From contig CAXXJJ010000004.1 in NCBI GenBank assembly GCA_963667015.2, positions 2,304,001 through 2,368,000 on the forward strand: a stretch of DNA of 64,000 nucleotides, in the 5' to 3' direction. This document shows positions 58,741-64,000 of the stretch, in pieces. The stretch's first letter is position 1; each line of letters begins with the position of its first letter. The position numbers and the translations under genes were made by a program. The stretch comes from Desulfatiglandales bacterium (GTDB lineage Bacteria; Desulfobacterota; DSM-4660; Desulfatiglandales; HGW-15). Under the pieces are notes generated by a model. That model saw nothing but the letters and a program-made list of their open reading frames with translations. It was not told where the DNA came from and searched no databases.

Positions 58741-59943
58741 ATGAACGAAAGACTAAAAAATACACCAACTGACATTATTTCGCCTCCGCATGAATTTGAT
58801 GTCGATAAATTCAGGGCTTTTATTCTTCAAAGCGAAGAATGGCTGATGGATCAAATTCTTTTCTATGCCAAGCGGCAGGACTATTCAAGATACACATCAA
58901 CACTCAAGGAGGCATGGAGACTTTCTATCTCAGGGCTTTCAAATGCCCTGCTTTCATCAATAACAGAGGATTCCAGAAATCTGGAACTTTACCCTGATGA
59001 AGACTATACCATTGACCCTGCAGCATCCTTCGGCGTCCTTGAGGCAAAACGTCACCGTGCACGGGGTATTAACCTGTCCATGTTTCTGGGTCTTATGAAA
59101 TATTACAGGCAGTCATATCTTGATCTTATTAATAATAGCGAATCACCGGGGCCATATAAAGCGGCATGCAAATTAAGGGTTGAAAGATTCTTTGACAGGA
59201 TTGAACTGGGTTTCTGCAGTGAATGGTGTACACAGACTGAAAACAGCAAATTAGAGGAACTTCAGAATAAAAATAGAGAGATCATCAATGAAAAAAACAG
59301 ATATCTGACCATCTTTGAAACTATACATGCCCCTGTCGTCTTGATAAATGATAAAAACAGGGTTGAAAATTATAACCAGGCTTGGGCTGAGCTTTTTGAA
59401 GAGTCTTCTGTTCCCGGTTCAAAATACTATAATGAAGATTCGTCTTTTTTTAAAAAAATTCCATGGTTTGTTGATGTCTTCCCCTATATGGATAACAATA
59501 TTTCTGATTATGTACTGGAGAAGACGCTGGTAACAAAAAAAGGGCCGAAATTTTTTCACATAAAGATTAAAAAAATGGTTGATATCAGTGATAAATACCA
59601 TGGAATGCTTATCATACTGAACGACCTGACCGAACTAAAAAAGGCTGAAAAGGAAAAGCTGCAAAAGGAAAAACTTGAAGGCGCCCTTGAAATGGCGGGC
59701 GCAGTATGTCATGAGATAAACCAGCCCCTGCAGGTTGTGCTGGGACAGACAGAGTTACTTAAAATAGAATCAGAGAAATATCAATCCCTGCAGAAAAACC
59801 TGTCTATTATTGCAACTCAGACAGCAAATATGGCAAAAATCACCCGGCGGCTCATGAATATTACAAAATATGAGACCAAGCCATACTTTTCAAAGACAAT
59901 TATTGACATTGAAAAATCTTCTCGAAAGGAGGACAATCAGTAA
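58741..59943 (+). CDS. Sensor protein: helical N-domain + PAS + HisKA, no ATPase domain
   Basis: N-terminal helical domain (EA..HR.RG..L.MFLGL), PAS-like middle, MAGAVCHEINQPL, then the ORF ends with no N/G boxes. Confidence 0.8.
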   Translation: MNERLKNTPTDIISPPHEFDVDKFRAFILQSEEWLMDQILFYAKRQDYSRYTSTLKEAWRLSISGLSNALLSSITEDSRNLELYPDEDYTIDPAASFGVLEAKRHRARGINLSMFLGLMKYYRQSYLDLINNSESPGPYKAACKLRVERFFDRIELGFCSEWCTQTENSKLEELQNKNREIINEKNRYLTIFETIHAPVVLINDKNRVENYNQAWAELFEESSVPGSKYYNEDSSFFKKIPWFVDVFPYMDNNISDYVLEKTLVTKKGPKFFHIKIKKMVDISDKYHGMLIILNDLTELKKAEKEKLQKEKLEGALEMAGAVCHEINQPLQVVLGQTELLKIESEKYQSLQKNLSIIATQTANMAKITRRLMNITKYETKPYFSKTIIDIEKSSRKEDNQ

Positions 59944-60201
59944 ATTTAAATCTCATTACCTGGAAAATACATTAAAATAAATACAGCACATATAATCTCA
60001 ACTAGACTCAATAGGCCATCGCTGTACTGAAATTACTAATCTTTCATATATCAACTGACTCACAATTACAAATCTACAATTCAGGTTCTTTTTATAATCC
60101 ACATGATTCCATTTAAATTGAACGATCTGTATTTGTAATTTTAATAATGACACAAAAAAACGATTCTTCTTTTTAAAAACATTTGCCCAGAGGAACACTT
60201 A

Positions 60202-61392
60202 ATGAAGAAACGATCTGTTTTAATTGTAGATGATGAAATTGGAATTAGAAAATCCATTGAAAGAACTCTCCTTAATGAACCATATCGAAAACTATATGCA
60301 TCCTGTGTGGATGAAGCAAAAAAACTTCTTCTTGAAAATAAAGTTCACTTAATTATCTCAGATATATTAATGCCGGGAACTGATGGCCTTACACTTTTGA
60401 AATGGATCAAAAAAAACAAGCCTGAAATAGTCCGTATAGTATTATCAACAAAATCTGACTCAGCTACTATTATGGAAGCGATTAATAAAGGCAACATATT
60501 CTATTATATCGCTAAACCCTGGGATAATACCGAATTAAAAATCATAATTAAAAAAGGAATTGACTGGTACAATATCCAGGAAGAAAGAAACAAATTAATT
60601 AAAAAATTGGAGGAACATAATCAGACACTGGAACAAAGAGTGACAGAACGCACTAATCAACTCCTCGCAATTACAAATGAGGCTGAAATCGGTAAACACA
60701 CTTCACAGATTGTCCATAATATTAACAATGCTTTAAATAGTTTTTTCGGTTCTCTTGATTTATCTGAAATGGTCTTATCAGAAGAAAAACCTGATATCAG
60801 CAAATTAAATAAATATCATGGGCATTTAAAAAAGAGTGCCAATTCCTTAAGTAAAATATTAGCTGAAATACTTGTGAGATCAAGGGGAAAAGGTATTCTG
60901 CAACCTCAAGAAATTAATGTAAACCGGTTAATAGAAGAAGAAGCCCTTTTTTGGGAAATGATGCCTGAATTCAAATATAAAATAACCAGGAATATTCAAT
61001 TGGACGAATCCATCCCCCCCATTCTGGGGAATCCAATTCAGATTAAGCAGATCCTTGATAATGTAATAAAAAATGCCATCGACGCAATGGAAAAGTCAAT
61101 CGAAAAACAATTAATGATTGAAACAGGGATTAAAGATAAATTTATCTTTATAAAAATTTCCGATAGCGGGGAAGGTGTATCTGAAAGTGATCTGTCCAGA
61201 GTATTTGTACCGGGTTTCACAACCAAGCCGCTTGGAAAAGGTACAGGATTAGGCCTGGCAAGTGTGAAAACAATGGTAGAATCTTACTCTGGTAAGATTG
61301 ATATTCAATCCGATAAAGACAAGGGGACAACAGTAACTATTTGTCTTCCTGTAAATGTAAAATCAGAATATGAGTTCTCCTCTAAATACTAA
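60202..61392 (+). CDS. Hybrid REC-histidine kinase
   Basis: LIVDDE, ISDILMP, KPW, coiled coil LEQRV.ERT, IVHNINN, KNAIDA, DSGEG, FTTKPLGKGTGLGL. Confidence 0.9.
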   Translation: MKKRSVLIVDDEIGIRKSIERTLLNEPYRKLYASCVDEAKKLLLENKVHLIISDILMPGTDGLTLLKWIKKNKPEIVRIVLSTKSDSATIMEAINKGNIFYYIAKPWDNTELKIIIKKGIDWYNIQEERNKLIKKLEEHNQTLEQRVTERTNQLLAITNEAEIGKHTSQIVHNINNALNSFFGSLDLSEMVLSEEKPDISKLNKYHGHLKKSANSLSKILAEILVRSRGKGILQPQEINVNRLIEEEALFWEMMPEFKYKITRNIQLDESIPPILGNPIQIKQILDNVIKNAIDAMEKSIEKQLMIETGIKDKFIFIKISDSGEGVSESDLSRVFVPGFTTKPLGKGTGLGLASVKTMVESYSGKIDIQSDKDKGTTVTICLPVNVKSEYEFSSKY

Positions 61393-61408
61393 TAAAACTG
61401 AGGTCTTA

Positions 61409-61603
61409 ATGCCCCCTTTTAAAATCTGCCCAAATTGTTCTGAAGTATGGCAAACTCGTGAAAACTTTATTTTAGACCCAAAACTTAAACTGAATGGATA
61501 TAAGGCAGATTTTGAAAAATTGGATAGATGTGATGCTTTTTGTGAATGCGCGTTTGTGAGGGAAATAATTCAAATATTAAAGCAAAAACAATTTAACAAA
61601 TAA
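61409..61603 (+). CDS. Small Cys-rich hypothetical protein (possibly internally deleted)
   Basis: SD GAGG; FKICPNC...W..RE.F..DP...LNGY.ADF...RCDAFCECAFVREIIQ. Confidence 0.55.
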   Translation: MPPFKICPNCSEVWQTRENFILDPKLKLNGYKADFEKLDRCDAFCECAFVREIIQILKQKQFNK

Positions 61604-61624
61604 TACCTTATCGATAGGAAAGAT

Positions 61625-63625
61625 ATGACAATATTAATTGTTGACGATTCACCTGTTACCCGGGAATTTTTAAGCAATACGCTTATAAATTGGGGATTTG
61701 ATGTATTTACCGCAAATGACGGCCTTGAGGCATTGGAAATTTTTAAAAATAATAAAATCCAACTTGTGATCACCGACTGGGTTATGCCCAATATGGATGG
61801 TCTTACCTTATGTGAAAAAATACGGTCATTGTCAGAAAAAAATTATGTCTACATAATAATGATTACATCTAATAATCAAAATAAAGATATCAACAAGGCT
61901 CTTGAAAAGGGCGCAGATGATTATATTACAAAGCCTTTTGAAATCGAAAGGTTGAAAGCAAGTATAAAATCAGCACGCCGCATAATATCGCTTACAGAGC
62001 GTTTAAACCGGGAAATCATACAGCATACAAATGCATCTGAAAGATTAAACTCTATCTTAGAATATTCTTCCGATATAATATACACACTTGATTTAAATGG
62101 CAAATTTACAAGTGTAAACAAAGTTGCAAAGGAACTTACCGGATACACAGAAAAAGAGCTGCTTAACTTTAACTTTAGAGACTTTATCCCGCCAGAAAAT
62201 CAGAATGAGATCCGCTATGTGTTCAGTTCAATAGTAAAAACCGGAAAAGTTTTAAAAAATTACCCTTTCAAAGTAATTATCAAGGATGGGACAGAAAGAT
62301 TTTTTGAAACAAGTGCTGGCTTGATGCGGAAAGGAAGAGAAATAACTGGGTTTCAGGGAAGTTCAAAAGATATCACTGACCGTGTAAAGGCATTAAAAGC
62401 GCTGGAGGAGAGTGAAAAGCAAAATCGTGTATTGATTGAAAACATGAAAGAAGGACTGTTGAAACTGGATGAAAATGGCATCCTGACCTTTGTTAATAAC
62501 AGTATATGTGAAATGCTTGGATATTCAAGGGAGGAACTTATTGGGAAGCATGCTCGGATGCTTCATGCAAAAGAGGAAAAAGAGACAATAGAAAATAGGA
62601 CAGAGCGAAGAAAAAAAGGGATGAGCAATTCATATGAAGTTAAGCATATAAACAAAGAAGGAAAGATTATTCCTACTATTGTGTCAGCTACCCCGATATT
62701 TAAATCAAACGGGGAATTCGAGGGCACGGTTGCTGTAATTACTGACATATCAGCAGTAAAACTGGCGGAACAGGAAAGGAAATCAATTGAAGCCCAGCTT
62801 CGTCAATCCGATAAAATGGCATCTATCGGTCAGTTGGCAGCCGGAGTGGCCCACGAAATAAATAATCCGACCGGATTTGTGAGCAGCAATCTGAACACCT
62901 TAGCTATCTATATTAAAGACTATAATAACCTGCTAAACAAGTACCGCAACTTAGTAAGACACCTTATGAAGGGTGAACAGATAACTGACCATATAGAGCA
63001 GATTCAGGATATAAAATCCATAGAAAAACGAATTGATATCGATTTCCGCATGGACGATGCATCAAGCCTGATCGATGAAAGCCGCGAAGGTACAGATAGA
63101 ATCGAAAAGATAGTCCAGGATTTAAAGGATTTTGCCCATCCGGGTGAAGATAAACCCAAATATGCTGATATAAACAAGTGTATCGAATCAACACTGAATA
63201 TTGTATGGAATGAAATCAAATATAAGGTTAAGATTATAAAAGATTACGGCACTCTTCCGGAAATTCTATGCTTCCCACAGCAGTTAAATCAGGTATTTGC
63301 CAACCTTTTTGTAAATGCTGCACAGGCTATTAAGAATGAGGGTGAGATCAATATAAAGACAGGTTTATTAAAAGAAAACATAGAAATTATTGTAAGCGAT
63401 ACGGGCACGGGAATATCAGAAGAAAACATACCCAAAATATTTGACCCTTTTTTTACAACAAAAGAAGTAGGAAAAGGTACAGGACTGGGCCTAAATGTGG
63501 CGTATAATATTATTAAAAAACACCGCGGTGAAATCACAGTTCAAAGCAAAGAGGGGCAAGGTACAACCTTTATAATAATTCTGCCCGTAAACAACACGGA
63601 TGAAAGTCTGAATTCAGGAAAGTGA
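61625..63625 (+). CDS. REC-PAS-PAS histidine kinase
   Basis: LIVDDS, TDWVMP, KPF, two PAS/PAC domains, GVAHEINNP, DTGTG, FFTTKEVGKGTGLGL. Confidence 0.93.
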   Translation: MTILIVDDSPVTREFLSNTLINWGFDVFTANDGLEALEIFKNNKIQLVITDWVMPNMDGLTLCEKIRSLSEKNYVYIIMITSNNQNKDINKALEKGADDYITKPFEIERLKASIKSARRIISLTERLNREIIQHTNASERLNSILEYSSDIIYTLDLNGKFTSVNKVAKELTGYTEKELLNFNFRDFIPPENQNEIRYVFSSIVKTGKVLKNYPFKVIIKDGTERFFETSAGLMRKGREITGFQGSSKDITDRVKALKALEESEKQNRVLIENMKEGLLKLDENGILTFVNNSICEMLGYSREELIGKHARMLHAKEEKETIENRTERRKKGMSNSYEVKHINKEGKIIPTIVSATPIFKSNGEFEGTVAVITDISAVKLAEQERKSIEAQLRQSDKMASIGQLAAGVAHEINNPTGFVSSNLNTLAIYIKDYNNLLNKYRNLVRHLMKGEQITDHIEQIQDIKSIEKRIDIDFRMDDASSLIDESREGTDRIEKIVQDLKDFAHPGEDKPKYADINKCIESTLNIVWNEIKYKVKIIKDYGTLPEILCFPQQLNQVFANLFVNAAQAIKNEGEINIKTGLLKENIEIIVSDTGTGISEENIPKIFDPFFTTKEVGKGTGLGLNVAYNIIKKHRGEITVQSKEGQGTTFIIILPVNNTDESLNSGK

Positions 63626-63684
63626 TATTTTTTCAAATTAGGAATGATTCAATACACCTTCAAATGAGAAAAATGGAAGAGATA

Positions 63685-64000
63685 ATGAATACCAAGAAAA
63701 ACATTGAAGCTGCTCAGCAATTCCCTGATTTGACAGAACTGTTAACCGAAGTATTTGATAATGCCCTGATTGCTATTATTATTGCTGATACTGTTCCGGT
63801 TATCAGATATGTAAATCATGAGTTCACCCGGCTATTTGGCTATACACGTGAAGAGGCAACAGGAAAGCGTATTGCCGAGCTGATTTCGGTTGATGAAAAT
63901 TCAGTTAAACTCAAAGATATAAAAAAGCAAATAGCTTCCGGAAAGCGTGTTGAATATGAGACATTACGCCGAACAAAGGATGGGCGTATTATTCCGGTAT
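63685..64000 (+). CDS. PAS-domain protein, runs off the window end
   Basis: Open frame from 63664/63685: ...VFDNALIAI...YVNHEFTRLFGYTREEATGK...ETLRRTKDGRIIPV. Confidence 0.8.
   Translation, partial: MNTKKNIEAAQQFPDLTELLTEVFDNALIAIIIADTVPVIRYVNHEFTRLFGYTREEATGKRIAELISVDENSVKLKDIKKQIASGKRVEYETLRRTKDGRIIPV

Noticed and set aside
60064..60140. 10-bp inverted repeat AATTACAAAT / ATTTGTAATT
   Set aside because: Short, AT-rich and 57 bp apart; compatible with chance and no transposase nearby.

Overview
AT-rich chromosomal segment, most likely from an anaerobic deltaproteobacterium (Desulfobacterota-like). This is inferred from a DVU0772-family gene, the HIT-lapA-lapB-mutS-amidase block, a 2-hydroxyacyl-CoA dehydratase/activase pair and many PAS/hybrid kinases. 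In order it holds: the 3' end of a leuB-type dehydrogenase; rsgA behind an unannotated leader peptide and attenuator; a GH10 xylanase; redox genes; a Na/Pi cotransporter; proC; a receiver-domain/phosphofructokinase fusion directly upstream of a near-complete type II secretion cluster (F-G-H-I-J-K-L-M-N-C-exeA-exeB/TPR-D-E, secretin with a C-terminal TPR tail); amidase-mutS-lapB-lapA-HIT; a 680-aa protein with GT-A-like motifs; archease-rtcB convergent with a lone AddA-like helicase-nuclease; a ZraSR-like sigma54 system; ACT plus DUF711; and a dense multi-kinase cluster. Several genes (cupin-like, gspD x3, FmdB-like) carry indels that look like sequencing errors. I saw no rRNA, tRNA, CRISPR array, transposase or integrase. 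All calls are by-eye motif recognition; no searches were run.
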